A DNA stretch of 64,000 nucleotides from Anolis carolinensis. Its lineage: Eukaryota. The first letter of the stretch is position 1. Each line of letters starts with the position of its first letter. Both the position numbers and the translations under genes were made by a program. The notes under the pieces are model-generated. The model worked only from the letters and a program-made list of their open reading frames with translations. It was not told where the DNA came from and ran no database searches. Positions 11,887-24,992 of the stretch are shown in pieces. The DNA is taken from the NCBI RefSeq assembly GCF_035594765.1, contig NC_085845.1, positions 17,168,024 to 17,232,023 on the forward strand, given 5' to 3'.

Positions 11887-13650
11887 TTCTGAGCAATTTC
11901 ACCTCTACTACGAATTATCCCCACTGCGAATGGAAGAAACCTTGACTGCATCTCAGCGTGGCACAGATTTAAAGTTTGTGTGAAGAATTAGGTGTGTAAT
12001 TCCCCCTGGTTTTAACTTAAAACAGATTGGAGGTTTATGTATTTGTTCACAAAAAGTTGTATTTTTGAAAAAGGGAGAAGGCAAACGAAGGGCAGAAATA
12101 CAGAGAAATTGAGATGTTACCTATTATCTCTAGGTAAAATGGATCCTGTTTTTTTTTTTTTTTTGCTACAGAATTCCTTGGAAAGGGAGTGCTCTCCTAA
12201 TTTTATTATTTTTGAATCCCCCACTGTTATTTGAAGGATGGCTGTTAACAGGCCTGCTGTGTTGCCATTCATTGGCAAGCAAACACCTGGTTTTCTTTCC
12301 TTGGCTCTTTCCCCTCCCTTCCAGCTGTCGCTTGGGAAACCAATGCAAAGAACCGGTCTCTGATGCAACTGAAAGCTCTCATCACCGCATGGAGCAACTA
12401 ATGTCAGGCGACGTGCCGAGCAAATGCACATAGATCAGGTGGTTTTCTCTGTATGTCACATACGATCTCGAAGGGCTAAGATGGAATATTTCAGCCTTCA
12501 TTAACTGAAACTAATGTAAAGTTCCTAATATTGTGACAGGTTTAATGTTCATGGAACCTGTAGGGCTGCTCACCTGTGTTGATGAAGGCTTTCTCTCTTT
12601 TTCCTCCCTCCTCCAACCACACTCTAAGGATGTAAATTCGGCCTTGATTTGCCCTTGCTCAATGAAAAAAGCAATGCAAAAAAGTTAGTCTCGCTTTTTA
12701 ATGGCAAGGTTCCTTCTTGTGTGTCTTGTAGATATTCACTTATTTTTGATAAAGTTTTTGCTGCACTTGTGGAATCTGAGGGGCTATTTCTGTGACCCAC
12801 TTTGCTTGGTTACTATGATAATAGTAATAATGAGCAGCATTTGTTTTAGGACTGCCACTTATACAAATGTATCTGATGTAGAAAATCATTTGTGTAAATT
12901 AAACTAAATGTGCATTTGAGTCAGTCATTCTTAAAGAAAAAAACCCCCCTCTTTTTGATTTAGATAGTGATAGTAGTATATGTGGATCATAACAAGCATT
13001 ACTAGAAATACTGTTGCTCCCGAATTAGAAATAACAGTAGATCATTTTTTATTATCATCTGCAAATTTATAGGTAATTACATCCAAAATCCTGATATCCT
13101 TTAAAAAAAAAGAATGGCAGTAGATTAATCAGGAAGATAGCTCCTTAATCTGTCAAAAAGTTTTAGATCCATTAATCAATTGAATTTTGTAGCCCTAACT
13201 GATTAAGTACATTATCTCAGCAATTTCCCCAGTAATGCATGTGAAAGGAACAGAGGCAGTAACATTTCTATTTAAGATTGGTTCTGTGTGCTATAAGAAA
13301 AATTAGTGAATCTAGCACTTGAGCACTCTTATCTCAATATACCGATTAATCAAAAAAGTTATAGGACTGTGGATGTGGTGAAAAGCCTATTTAATTAGTT
13401 AGATTTATATTAAGAGAGACCATCCATATCAACAAATGGAGACAATTGTTGAGGACTCTCCAAGTTCCATAAGAGTTTCTGGCTGCAATGCAAGAGTGAG
13501 ACACTTTCTCCCATTGCATTTTCCATCATTTGTGCAAAAAAGAAAGGTGATCAATTCATTGGATAGCTCTCTCTCAGCTTTAGTCTGAACATTCATGGAG
13601 CTATTAAAATTGCTGGAAATATTTTGGGGATAGAGTTCATCAACCGGGAT

Positions 13651-13971
13651 AGGTAAAGGTAAAGGTTTTCCCCTGACATTAAGTCTAGTAGTGTCTGGGG
13701 GTTGGTGCTCATCTCCATTTCTAAGGTGAAGAGCCGGTGTTGTCCGTAGACGTCTCCAAGGCCATGTGGCCGGCATGACTGCATGGAGCGCCATTACCTT
13801 CCCACCAAAGCAGTACCTATTGATCTACTCACAATTGCATGTTTTCAAACTGCTAGGTTAGCAGAAGTTGAGGCTAACAGGAGAAGCTCACTCCACTCCC
13901 TGGATTCAAACCACCAACCTTTTGGTCAGTAAGTTCAGCAGTTCAGCAGTTTAACCCACTGCCCCACCGGG
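13651..13971 (-). mobile_element. Sauria SINE (Bov-B partner), near full length
   Basis: (ACCTTT)n tail read as AGGTAAAGGTAAAGG on the + strand; diagnostic body shared by six copies in this window. Confidence 0.93.
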
Positions 13972-14391
13972 TTAAACCTAGATAGCAATTTGTAAATTCA
14001 GTCTTAAAAACAGATCAGAGTCACCACCTCAATGACATAAAGGCCACCAGCTGCAACTGTGCCTAGTTTCATGTAGCTAAGCATGTATGTGTGTATGTAC
14101 CCCATTAATTTCACAGTCTTTTCTGAGGACTGAAGAAGAGGGGCTGGGCCCTAAGATCTGGCAGTCCTAGTTTCACAGAGCATACAGTTCAAATTAAAAT
14201 GAACAGCAAGAATAAGTTTAACAAATGAGGAGAATATTTACATGCACCAACTTTTTAAGGAATTACTCTTGCCCTGAAATTTCCCCTACATCACCTTTTA
14301 GATTAGCACCAGGAACCTGGGACTCAACAAGTGGGAATCTGATCATAGCTTAGGTTGTATTTGTAGAATATCTGAGTCTGTCGGCTTATAG

Positions 14392-14525
14392 CCGGCATGG
14401 GCAAACTTTGGCCCTCCGGGTGTTTTGGACTTCAACTCCCATAATTCCTAACAGCTGGTAGGCTGTTAGGAATTGTGGGAGTTGAAGTCCAAAACACCTG
14501 GAGGGCTGAAGTTTGCCCATGCTTG
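14392..14525. mobile_element. Full-length palindromic hAT MITE inserted into a 5S-derived SINE
   Basis: Nearly perfect 134-bp hairpin; TSD GCTTATAG (14384-14391, 14526-14533). Confidence 0.9.
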
Positions 14526-14533
14526 GCTTATAG

Positions 14534-14690
14534 TAACTCTATCAATTTCATAGGGTTTCCTGAGGCAAAGGTAGTTTTGCCATTTTCTTCCCATGAAATA
14601 TAGCCCACAGCAACTGTTATTCCTTGATGGTTTCCCATACAAGTAGTAATCAGAATTAAAACTGCTTAGCTTTCAAGATCAGATGACCTG
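14534..14690 (-). mobile_element. 5S rRNA-derived SINE (SINE3), degraded
   Basis: Minus strand reads TCTGATCTTGAAAGCTAAGCAG...TTACTACTTGTATGGGAAACC (5S boxes A and C); body matches 26030-26230. Confidence 0.7.
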
Positions 14691-16005
14691 ATGTTTGGCC
14701 AACACATAAAGAAATCATTAAAAGGACAGAAAGACATAAACATTCCATCTAGTGCTACTCCTTTTAAAATCGCCTATTGAACAAGGCAACAGAAACTTTC
14801 AAATGTCAGTCTTGAAAATCTCTCTATGACCCACACATAAAGGAGAGAAAATCTGTCTGTCTTGTTCCACGGGGGGCAATTTCCCCCCTTATTTATCTTG
14901 ATAGGATGAACCATTTCAGGATTTATGTTCATTTAAGATTTTATATAGGAAAATAAAATTTTAGGACCACACAAGTGGTGTATTCCACAATCTAACATAG
15001 ACATTGCTGTGTTTTGAAACCCATTGCAGTCAAGTCTACATTGGACCGTGGTCAATTTATCTCCTCCTCCCCTTGAGTTTTAACAATTTAGTAATACCTG
15101 CTGCCTTTGAAAATGAAAGAGGGCAACATTTAACAACTATAAGCATGGAATAGAAGGCATATATTGAACGCATTTCATGGTAATTGGAGCCCTACCAGTC
15201 TTGGAGGACCTGCAAAACTGATAAGTCCTCCTTTAAAAGGAATGATTTACTCCTCAAGAATAGCAAAGGAGCTATTGATTCTAGGCAGATGTCTGCTGCT
15301 CCCATGATCCATAATTGTAAGTGTGACATATGTAGAGATGTGGTTCTCATTTGCCAGACCATCCTCCGTTTGTGCCCAAAGGGAGAGAGTCTGCTCTTTA
15401 AAAGCTTCTCTCTGGAGGTAACTATGAAAAATGCCACAGGCTCTTCAGCTCAGGTGTTGCCTGCCTAAATGAGGAGAGATGGGGAAGGAAAGTACCCCAG
15501 GAGGCTGAACTTTTCAGATTGCCAACTGCTGCGCAAGGTCTACAGGACTGGACGGAGCCATCTGCCGCTGCCTGGCTTGACTTCCCCACAGGAGAACAGA
15601 GGATGCTATTGTCCTCGACCTTGGCAGGAGAAACTGGCTCAGAGCCTGCAAGTCTGCCGCCTTCAAGAAGAGATAGGAGAGGATGGAAGGAGACTGTGAG
15701 AAATGGGCAGGAGTCTCCCCTTTCTCTCCTTTCATCCTCAGCATCAGAAGAAAATCAGAATTTCTCACATGCACAGGACTTATCACAAACCTTCTGGAAG
15801 GCCAAAGATGATTCCTCTCTTGCTTTGAGCTCTACTCAGACAAGGCCTGTGGATCCTTCCTTTCCCCATCTTCAGTCAATGGGGCAATGAAGCTGCTCCA
15901 GGTTTTAGTCTCAACTTCGCAATATAACTCTGAGAGTTCTTTTAAAGTTCAGATGAAAACTCAAAGCAGATCCAGTGCTGTATTAACAAAGAAGCCATCA
16001 TCTAC

Positions 16006-16154
16006 AGCCCCTTCTATACAGCCATATAATCCAGAATATCAAAGCAGATTTTCCACATTATCTGCTTTGAACTGGATTATATGAGTCTACACTGCAACAT
16101 AATCCAGTTCAAAGCAGAAAATCTGGATTTTATATGGCAGTGTGGAAGAGAGCT
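16006..16154. mobile_element. Palindromic Harbinger-like MITE (GCCCCTTCTACAC...GTGTAGAAGGGGC family)
   Basis: Inverted-repeat body with TCAAAGCAGA/TCTGCTTTGA motifs; related copies at 25884-26016, 45800-45950 and 9455-9560. Confidence 0.7.
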
Positions 16155-16678
16155 ACTACAGTGAAATTGGTTGATTTACCATGTACCAAATGCTGTTTTG
16201 TCCACTCGTATAGGAAGGAGGGTTAAAACTGCAAAAGTCATTTTCCACATGAAAGAGCCTCACACATCTTGAGACTTCTGTTTCCAGTTATACAGTGCCA
16301 GCCCAAATACATTTGTCAGTAATTTTCACTGCTTTATGCACACCAAGTGTTATTATTGTTTTAACCTGGAGCATTCAAATAAGTGGTAATGAGGAGAGAA
16401 GATCTGAATATAGACTTAACTCTTCTTTTCCTCATACCAATAATGAAATTCAAGACGACACATACAATGCAATAGCAGCTGCTGGCTCTCATGTGAGTGG
16501 GACAATGTATCCATTTTAAAGTAGCTATCTAAAACTTTGCCCCAAAACAAGTTGATCACAATAGATAGCTCTTTTAAAGTTCAGACTAAAATCCAGTGTG
16601 AGTTCACTGCTTTGTTTAGATAAGTGCCACCAACTATCCCTCCTACAGTGCAATCCTATCAAGGTCTACTTGGAAGTA

Positions 16679-17001
16679 CAGTAGAGTCTCACTTATCCAA
16701 CACTCGCTTATCCAACGTTCTGGATTATCCAACGCATTTTTGTAGTCAATGTTTTCAATATATTGTGATATTTTGGTGCTAAATTCGTAAATACAGTAAT
16801 TACAACATAACATTACTGCGTATTGAACTACTTTTTCTGTCAAATTTGTTGTCTAACATTATGTTTTGGTGCTGAATTTGTAAAATCATAACCTAATTTG
16901 ATATTTACTTGGCTTTTTCTTAATGCTTCCTTATTATCCAACATATTCGCTTATCCAACATTCTGCCGGCCCGTTTATGTTGGATAAGTGAGACTCTACT
17001 G
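16679..17001. mobile_element. Tc1/mariner (Tigger-like) MITE
   Basis: 24-bp TIRs CAGTAGAGTCTCACTTATCCAACA; TA TSD. Confidence 0.93.
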
Positions 17002-17809
17002 TATGTCCAACTGAGCTTAATAGGTTACTGTTTCTGAAATGACAGCATCTATTGAAATCATATTTCTGAAATTAGCATCAGGTTGATTTGATTAGTACTG
17101 AATAAGCAATACTAGCAGAATCAAAACTTTGTGTTTTTTGAGATGGGGTGGCAAACTGACACCACCAACTTACTCAAGTTGAGATAACTAGGCCCCCAGC
17201 TAAGTATGCTATTTTGGGCACTTCCCCCCACTTTTGTCAGTACAAATAAATAACAGCCCTGCTATCACCAAGATAGCCTCTTTCCTCAGAGAAACATGCA
17301 GTCCCACTTTCATGGAAAGGTAGTCCACCACAGCGTCATTATTTTGTCCTTGTTTTCTTTAAACAGATACATTAAGTATGGCTGATACAAATTTGTTTGA
17401 TGAATTCATCTGTGCAGTGGAGATGATGGGTCCAAAGCCAGGGATGATGAATCATCTCTTGGTTTCACTCCAAACTTTAAAGAAACTGCAAAATATTGAG
17501 GACCTATTTTGGAGATTGGCTTCAACACCTTGGGCAGCTCTTCTGAAGGTCAGACTAAAGCTGGGGGCACATTAATTGCCCTCATGCCATGGAGCCACCA
17601 TACTCCACTGCAGCTGTGGTCTATTGATAAGGATGTTAGATCAGAAGACTAAAGGCATATTTAGTATTTATCTTTTTCACAGTGGTGGCTACCAAGAAGC
17701 TTGAAGGCAGCCTCAAGAAGGGTGCAAAATCAGCAGGTGTATCTTGCTTTTCTTTCTCACCTTGCCTCTGATCCTGGAGTTAGTTTATAGCCACCCAGGC
17801 TATTTGCAG

Positions 17810-18310
17810 CCTAATTGAATTTGACTAATCCTCTTCGAAATCCGCTCAAGTTTATTACTATCTTTCCAATACTATTGAAGTAGTTTCTATAGTATAGTTG
17901 TGTCCTTGGTGAAGGTGTACTAGTTGTTTTCCCATCTCTGTTGAATGACCTCATGTTATCTCACTTTAAAAGAAGGAAGGCTCGCTGTTTATCTTGTTTC
18001 TCCACACCATATATAATTTTATAAACATCTGTCCCATCCTGCCTTCCAGCTTATTCACCTTATAGAAAACAACAATTGAACCCTTTCTGCCCAATAAAGT
18101 TCTTGGCCTCTTCTGGATTTTTTCTAGCCCTATGTAGTATCAAGTAGATCTTTACACAGTGTTTCTAAAGCAGTCACACCACAGACTTGCATAAAGGCAT
18201 TAGAGTATTGGCAGTTATATATATATAGATGTGAGTGTAATAATATATATTTATTCTAGTAATATACCAGCGGTATACCAGTGGCTGTATTTTCAACTCT
18301 GTTCCTGCAT
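17810..18310 (-). mobile_element. Old, degraded CR1/L3-like LINE fragment
   Basis: Weak resemblance to the reverse-complemented CR1 ORF2 3' region (e.g. CACACCATATATAATTTTATAAAC); no ORF remains. Confidence 0.4.
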
Positions 18311-18847
18311 CTGAATAAGTGGATTAATAGCCATGGAAGATCATACTAACATAAATTAGTTTCAAAAGTGCTGTTGGAGTCTTTCATCCCTCCCTTCCAT
18401 TCTCTTCCTATATTTTATAGTTACAGCTGGCTGCAGCATAATGGGTCAATAATTCCACCAAGTTCAATTTTTCCCCCTTGGTCATTGATTACTGCCAATT
18501 CAGAATTGTTGGCTCATGTAGAAGCTTATATTAAATTATGCTTGCCATTTTATTGACAGGTGCTGATGTGATAAACAAAACTGGATACAATAGAATCTAT
18601 GGTGTGAAGGTTTATCAGTCTAAACAGCCATATCATATTGGAGATTACCATCTTGATAATTTTGATGTCAAGGTTTAGTATAAATTTCAACCAAACTTGA
18701 GAAATTTGTCATTGAATTTCAACTCCTTGGTCAACAATAACTTTGTCTGCTGAATTATTGGGACTACAGTCCAAAGATGAACTTTTCCCAGCTCTGAAAA
18801 TGTACATAATAATAATCATCATCATTGTCTTCATCGTCATCATCATC

Positions 18848-19390
18848 ATTTATATCCCGCCACCATCTTCCCAAAGGGACTCCGGACAGCTTACAACAAC
18901 ACCACAAGGTGCAGCATACAATATAAAATGTTACATGAATATAAAACAATTTCATATAAAATTATAATAACAAGCACAATCGACACATATAACATAAAAT
19001 CAAAATAAAACAAAACACAGAACATCTGAGGATGCCATCAATTTGCAATTAAAGTGCCAGAGTGTCAACCTCAAAAGCCTATTTAAGCATCCATGTTTTT
19101 AAGCTGGATCAAGAAGATTGAAGAGTGAGGGCTAATCTAATCTCCTTTGGGAAGGTATTCCAGAGCCGGGGAGCCACCACAGAGAAGGCCCTTTCTCTCA
19201 TCTGCACCAACTATACTTGAGGCGGCGGTGGGATCGAGAGAAGGGCCTCGCCTGCCAATCTTAAAGCCCGCACTGGTTTATAGAAAGAGATGCGGTCATG
19301 AAGATAGGTTGGTCCTGAAGCGTTTAGGGCTTTATAGACAATAACCTGCACCTTGAATTGAACCCAGAAACTTGTTGGAAGCCAAGTGCA
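18848..19390 (-). mobile_element. L2 LINE 3' fragment
   Basis: L2 tail (TTTATATCCCGC...GACTC...CTTACA) plus ORF2 end (TTCCAGAGCCGGGGAGCCACCACAGAGAAGGCCC, encoding RAFSVVAPRLWN on the minus strand); ATC-type microsatellite at the tail. Confidence 0.85.
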
Positions 19391-19397
19391 TCTACAC

Positions 19398-19531
19398 CAG
19401 TGGTTCTCAACCTGTGTGTCCCCAAGTGTTTTGGCCTACAACTCCCAGAAATCCCAGCCAGTTTACAAACTGTTAGGATGTCTGGGAGTTGAAGGCCAAA
19501 ACATCTGGAGACCCACAGTTTGAGACCACTG
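19398..19531. mobile_element. Palindromic hAT MITE (CAGTGGTTCTCAACCT family)
   Basis: TIRs and internal hairpin; homologous to 50326-50459; TSD not preserved. Confidence 0.8.
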
Positions 19532-20786
19532 CCTTAGAGGAAGATCCAAGTCAGCAGTATTGGCTATGTGACAGGAGAAGGGAAAATGGAATAAGGGGAA
19601 ATGGCAGCCTCAGGATACTTGCTGTCCATCACATGGCTTCCCTTTGCAGCACACAACCCATGTGATTTTGCAAATCAGGCTCTCCATCACTGTCTGAAAC
19701 CAAGAAGAAAAAGTTACTTGAACGAATGCTTTGTCTGACACAATGGCTGCTGTGAAGGTTGCTGAAGTGTTTCATTGCAAGGCATTTCCCCTGAGCCCTC
19801 GCTTGACCACTTAAATTGTATAATTGCTGTGAAGCTTCGCTTGACTTATTTTCCTGAAGAGCTGATTACAGCACCCCGTTCAAACGCTTTGACTAAGAGG
19901 CTTCCTCTGAGCTATAATAGGCCCTGAAATATCATTGCCGCTAAGCCACACTTTTTGATTCTGAAGAAAAGATGCATGGCAATTGTTACAAATAAGTGGC
20001 TTTTAATGGATACCTATAAATTAATAGGAAATATTTTCATAAGTAATTTAAATTGGGAAAAGTCATCACCATAATGAGACCTAATTTTAAGCTTTGGCAT
20101 TTTTATAATGTCCATGAGTCTGCACAGATCAGCGATTCTTGATTTCAAAATAATGCTTCTCATTTAAATGCAAATCATAGTGAGCATTTACTCCTTTGGT
20201 CCACAGGGATTTCTTGTTCTTTTTCAAAAGGTAAGTTTTCCAGGTAAATCATATCTTAAAGAGTCACAAAATCCAAGTGAAGAAGTACAGTGAAGCCACA
20301 AAATATTTCAGTAGAAGGCGTCTTATTCCACACTGAAAAATCCCCAGGCTCAATTCTTTACAGCTGTGATAATAGTATCAGGTGCAAGATGTTTTTAAAC
20401 AATTCAACCCCCATCTCCAAAGCAGAGGTCATGCCAAATCCCCAGAATTAGGAAATTGATTTCCCTTTAGTTATATTTTTGTTTATGCATATTTTAGGCT
20501 GGGTGAAGTATTGCATTCTCTGAAGTTGTCTGTCCCTTTCTAAAGATTCATTTTTCAGAGTGAGGCAATGGACAAGTTTTATATGGGAACACTCATCATG
20601 GAAGATTTCTCATTCAGAGTATCGCTGTAAGTTGAAGGTGACTTATTGGCAATTAACAATGGCTTTGGAACGCTTGTCTCATGATGTGCCATAAGAAATT
20701 GAGGATTGATAAAAGTTCAAAATGAACATTGGTGCACTGCAATTTCTAATTTGAATGAATATTAGTGTAGAGATATAATATTAGCC

Positions 20787-21120
20787 GCTGAGGCCACCCG
20801 CAGTGGCTCAGTGGATTAAACTGCTGAGCTGCAGGACTTGCTGACCAGAAGGTCAGCAGTTTGAATGTATGGGATGGGGTGAGCTCCCACTGTTAGCCCC
20901 AGCTTCTGCCAACCTAGCAGTTTGAAAACATGCAAATGTGAGTAGATCAATAGGTAACACTTTGGCAGGAAGTTAACTGTGTTACATGCAGTCATGCTGA
21001 CCACATGACCTAGGAGGCATCTACGGACAACACCGGCTCTTCAGCTTAGAAATGGAGATGAGCACCACCCCCCAGAGTCAGACTCGACTAGACTTAATGT
21101 CAAGGGGAAACCGTTACCTT
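20787..21120 (+). mobile_element. Sauria SINE, full length
   Basis: tRNA-like head and ACCTT tail; TSD TATAATAT(T/C)AGCC. Confidence 0.93.
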
Positions 21121-21309
21121 TATAATATCAGCCATAGAGACCACTCAGAATCCAATCCGCTGATGTCAAGCGAACTATGAAAAAATCCTTCCAAATCCAT
21201 AATATTGCAACACTTAAGTTCTTTCACTTTTTTCATCTTTGCTATGTTGCTTGAACAGCTGATGGTTACTGAGGAAGAAAGGCATCCCCATATGAGTTGC
21301 ATTTGCATG

Positions 21310-21520
21310 AGTTGGTTGTTTTTAACAGCCCACAAGTTGATTTCAATTCGTGGTGACCTTATGAATGAGCAACTTCCAAATCATCATTAATTGCCCTGCT
21401 CAGGTCTTGCAGTACCATGGCTTCAGTGATTGAGACTATCCATCTGTAATACAGTCTACCTATCTTCCTACTGCATTCCACCTTACCAAGCATTATTATC
21501 TTTTCTATTGAGTCATGTAT
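21310..21520 (-). mobile_element. RTE/Bov-B-like LINE 3' fragment
   Basis: CCATCT...CTTCCTACTGC...CCAAGCATTATTATCTTTTCTATTGAGTC resembles the reverse complement of the RTE ORF end (GRP..RW.D region). Confidence 0.6.
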
Positions 21521-23339
21521 AGCATGAGAAAAGTTGACTCACTAGAAAAGATGTTTTTCCTGAAGTAGAAATTGGGTTACAAAACCAGTACTATTAAATG
21601 TAACATCAGTTATATTTACAGCAATGGCAATGTTAGTTATTGGAACATGTTCATGCCCTTTCAGTGGTCTGCCATTAGTAAGTTATAGGAGTTTGGGAGG
21701 CCCAATGAGGCAGGCCTTTTTCTGTGGTGGACCAAGGTTAATGAAATGCTTTTCAAAAGCGTGAATGGCCCTCTCCCAGCCAACTGTTACCTTTCCTTTA
21801 AACCTACCTGGCAACAACACATCATTGCTGGCACAGGGATGTGTCTCTGTCTCTATCCCTTTCCCTCTCATTCAAACAGTATTTTGTAATAGGACCATAT
21901 TAGGGGCAAAGGGCCTTGGGCAATGTTTTCAGGGTTCCTTGTCCCCGGAAATCTGTTCTAAACAAACACTTAGAGATTGGTCCCACTATGGACTAGATCC
22001 AGACTATCTGGCAGACCATATATCTCCATAAAAGCCTGCTTGTATAGACAGTATTGTTTTCTATGCAAAGCAATCATGTGCATATTTTTCATAGAATAAG
22101 CCCTGAGCTGTGAAGATTCTCATCAGTCTGTTATTTATCTCATCCGAATTTTTCGACAATATTTTCACCATTTAAAAAAATATTCATTTCATGCTGACTT
22201 GAAGTTGGAGTAACCTCAGCTTAGCACATCTCAATTTCTGAACTGGCAAAACTTTTTTCATTTTTGTAGAATATCTGCATGTCATCAGGCCACACGGCAT
22301 GTGTCTTGTTCAGAAACCAGCTCTGAAAGATGCTCTCTTTTGAAAATAGGGATAGAAAAGAGTAAAGGATAATAAGTCTTAGAGGTGCTTTTGTCTTTGA
22401 TTTAAGGTCTTTAGTTTTTAACTAATGAAATCTCAACTGGGATTGTTGACCTACTTGGCGGTTTGTGCTGATGAAAGGCACAGCTTTGAGCAGCAGATAG
22501 GGAGTGAGGGTGCATGTAAGGATAATGGATCTGTGGATGGCTGTGGCTGTTCGAACTCTGTAAACAGGACTTCATTTATAAGCACATGGGACCCACATTG
22601 AAGGTATTATTCGTTTATAACTAGAACCTTAGGGAGTAGGAATGGTTAGAAATGTACCCACATAAGTACATAAAATGTTCTTTCTCTCCAGCAATGATCA
22701 CATGGTAAACTGAACAAGCTTTTGCTGAAATTATATGCCATCTGGAAGTATATTAGCCCCCTTGGATTAAGCACTTTATCGCACAAAGGTAGCAAACCGG
22801 CATAGAAGCAAGCTGGCACAGAAGTGATGCCAGAGGACTGGATTGTTCTTCTCTCTCCCCTCTCCCAATGTTTGAAGAATAAAAGTTCCTAACAGGAAGT
22901 CTGACCACAGGATCACAGAGTGACAAAGTATTGCTATCATGAAACCAGAACATCTATGATATCAGGTGTGATCATTCCAGTAAGTTGCTGGAAATCCGCA
23001 ATTGTAAGTTGCAGACAGTAAAGTGCTGGAGATCTGCAATTGCATGAATGCTGCAGGAGGGTAGTTTCATATCATAAGGTCTTTCGTCTACTTGCTTGCT
23101 TGGAAAACTTGGAAAGTTTGGTTGACAGTGAGAGGTGTATTGAAAATAGAGGTCTGGTTTTATCAAAGATGGAGAGACTTTTTCATCTGAAGGATCAAGA
23201 TCAAATTCAGTCAGATTCTTGGAGACCACATTCAAATGACATGAGAAATCAATGGCAAAATAATAGAACCAAAAAGATAACATGTTGTGGTTGATAATAA
23301 CAAAGCCTCGGGAAAATTATTGCAATTTTTTAGGATAGG

Positions 23340-23671
23340 CATGGTAGGTAAAGGTTTTCCCTTGACATTAAGTCTAGTTGTGTCCGACTCTGGGGAGTGG
23401 TACTAATTTCCATTTCTAAGCTGAAGAACCGGCATTGTCCATAGACGCCACCAAGGCCATGTGGCTGACATGACTGCATTGAGTGCCATTACCTACCCAC
23501 CAGAGCTGTACCTATTGATCTACTCGCATTTGCATGTTTTCAAATTGCAAGGTTGGCAGAAGCTGGGGCTAACAGCGGGAGCCTACCCCACTCCCCGGAT
23601 TTGTACCACCAACCTTTCAGTCAGCAAGTTCAGCAGCTCAGCAGTTTAACCCGCTGTGCCACCAGGGGCTT
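23340..23671 (-). mobile_element. Sauria SINE
   Basis: Diagnostic body; TSD ATTTTTTAGGATAGG (23325-23339, 23672-23686). Confidence 0.93.
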
Positions 23672-24992
23672 ATTTTTTAGGATAGGAAAATCAAATTAAA
23701 GCTGGAAAAATGCTATGGAACCCCTGGAGCTTTAAACCACATGAGAGATTTCCATAACTAGAAAGAACTCTGGGACAAAATTCTAGTAGGAAGCAGTTCT
23801 ATGGACTCTGCCATTCACATATATGTACTCAAGTAACTGATTGTCAAAAATAGCTGCTGTAGTAGTAGTAGTATACTACTACTATAAAGGCAACAAATAA
23901 ATAAAACAAAACAAATATAGCCCCATCAATGTACATGATATTTTACAAATAAAACAATCAGAAATAGTAATCCTGATAAAGACATACAATGTGAAATATA
24001 TGTACACGAACACAATTACACATACACACACAAAGGGAGGGAAGGAATAAGAAACATATATAACTATATAACTATAAAACAAATTATTCAGATAACACAA
24101 TAAACACAGTACAATATAAGGCAAACTAATAAGGACATATCATCAAAATATACAAGAAGAAAATGTAACTCAGTTCTTATTCACCTTGGAAGGCAATGGA
24201 GTTCCTAAAGCTTTCTTATGTGCTGACCAACCTTGTTTTCTGCTAAACACATCCAGTGATTAAATTAGAGCATCCCCTTAATGGCTGAAAGTGAGCAATT
24301 TCTGTATCCCACATTTCGTTCTATGAAAGTTCAGACCTTTTATCATTTTTAAAGCAAAATGATTAAGTAGTAGTGGTTTAAGGATGTCGAATACCACTAA
24401 AATAAACAGCTGCTCCCAGTGCATCCTAGGCAATAAAGCCTATTAGCTCAACGACTCATGGTAAAGTGATTAGATGCACTTGAGTACTAATGGAATAACT
24501 GGGAAACAACAGACTGACAAGAGTTGTGCATTGACCCAAGCAGGTGGAAATTAAGATGAGGAGATGGCTTTTTTATTATTATTTTTTATAATAGTCTCCG
24601 GTCAACACTTGCTAGGAAGTATGTCATGCTACAGAACCATGGATGAGCTGGGAATTTGTGCTAGTGACTCTTTTGGTCCTGGAAGAGCTCTGTGAATCTC
24701 AAAAGACTGCATAAATTTGATATGATAAAAAGTATTCTCCACAGTGTTTGGGGCATAATCTGTAAAGATTGCTGAGTATACTCCAGGGCCAGGCTTCTTA
24801 TACTTTTCCCACTTGTGCCCCCTTTCTGTCTGAGAAATGTTTGCAGCACCGGGTATACAAATTTATAAAATAGATATAAAAATTTCCTGGTAGTATATCA
24901 GCATTTAAAAGGTATGCTAAACTCTGATGATTGCAGAATCTTGGTAGCGATTAAAATCACTCACAAGGAAATGTTGGAAATTTCTTTAGTGC

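Noticed and set aside
13429-13794. Recurrent similar peptides (..YLLIYSHLHVF.LLGWQKLGL..) at 13.6, 20.8, 23.5, 34.1, 38.6 and 40.4 kb suggesting a gene family
   Set aside because: They are translations of non-coding Sauria SINE copies.
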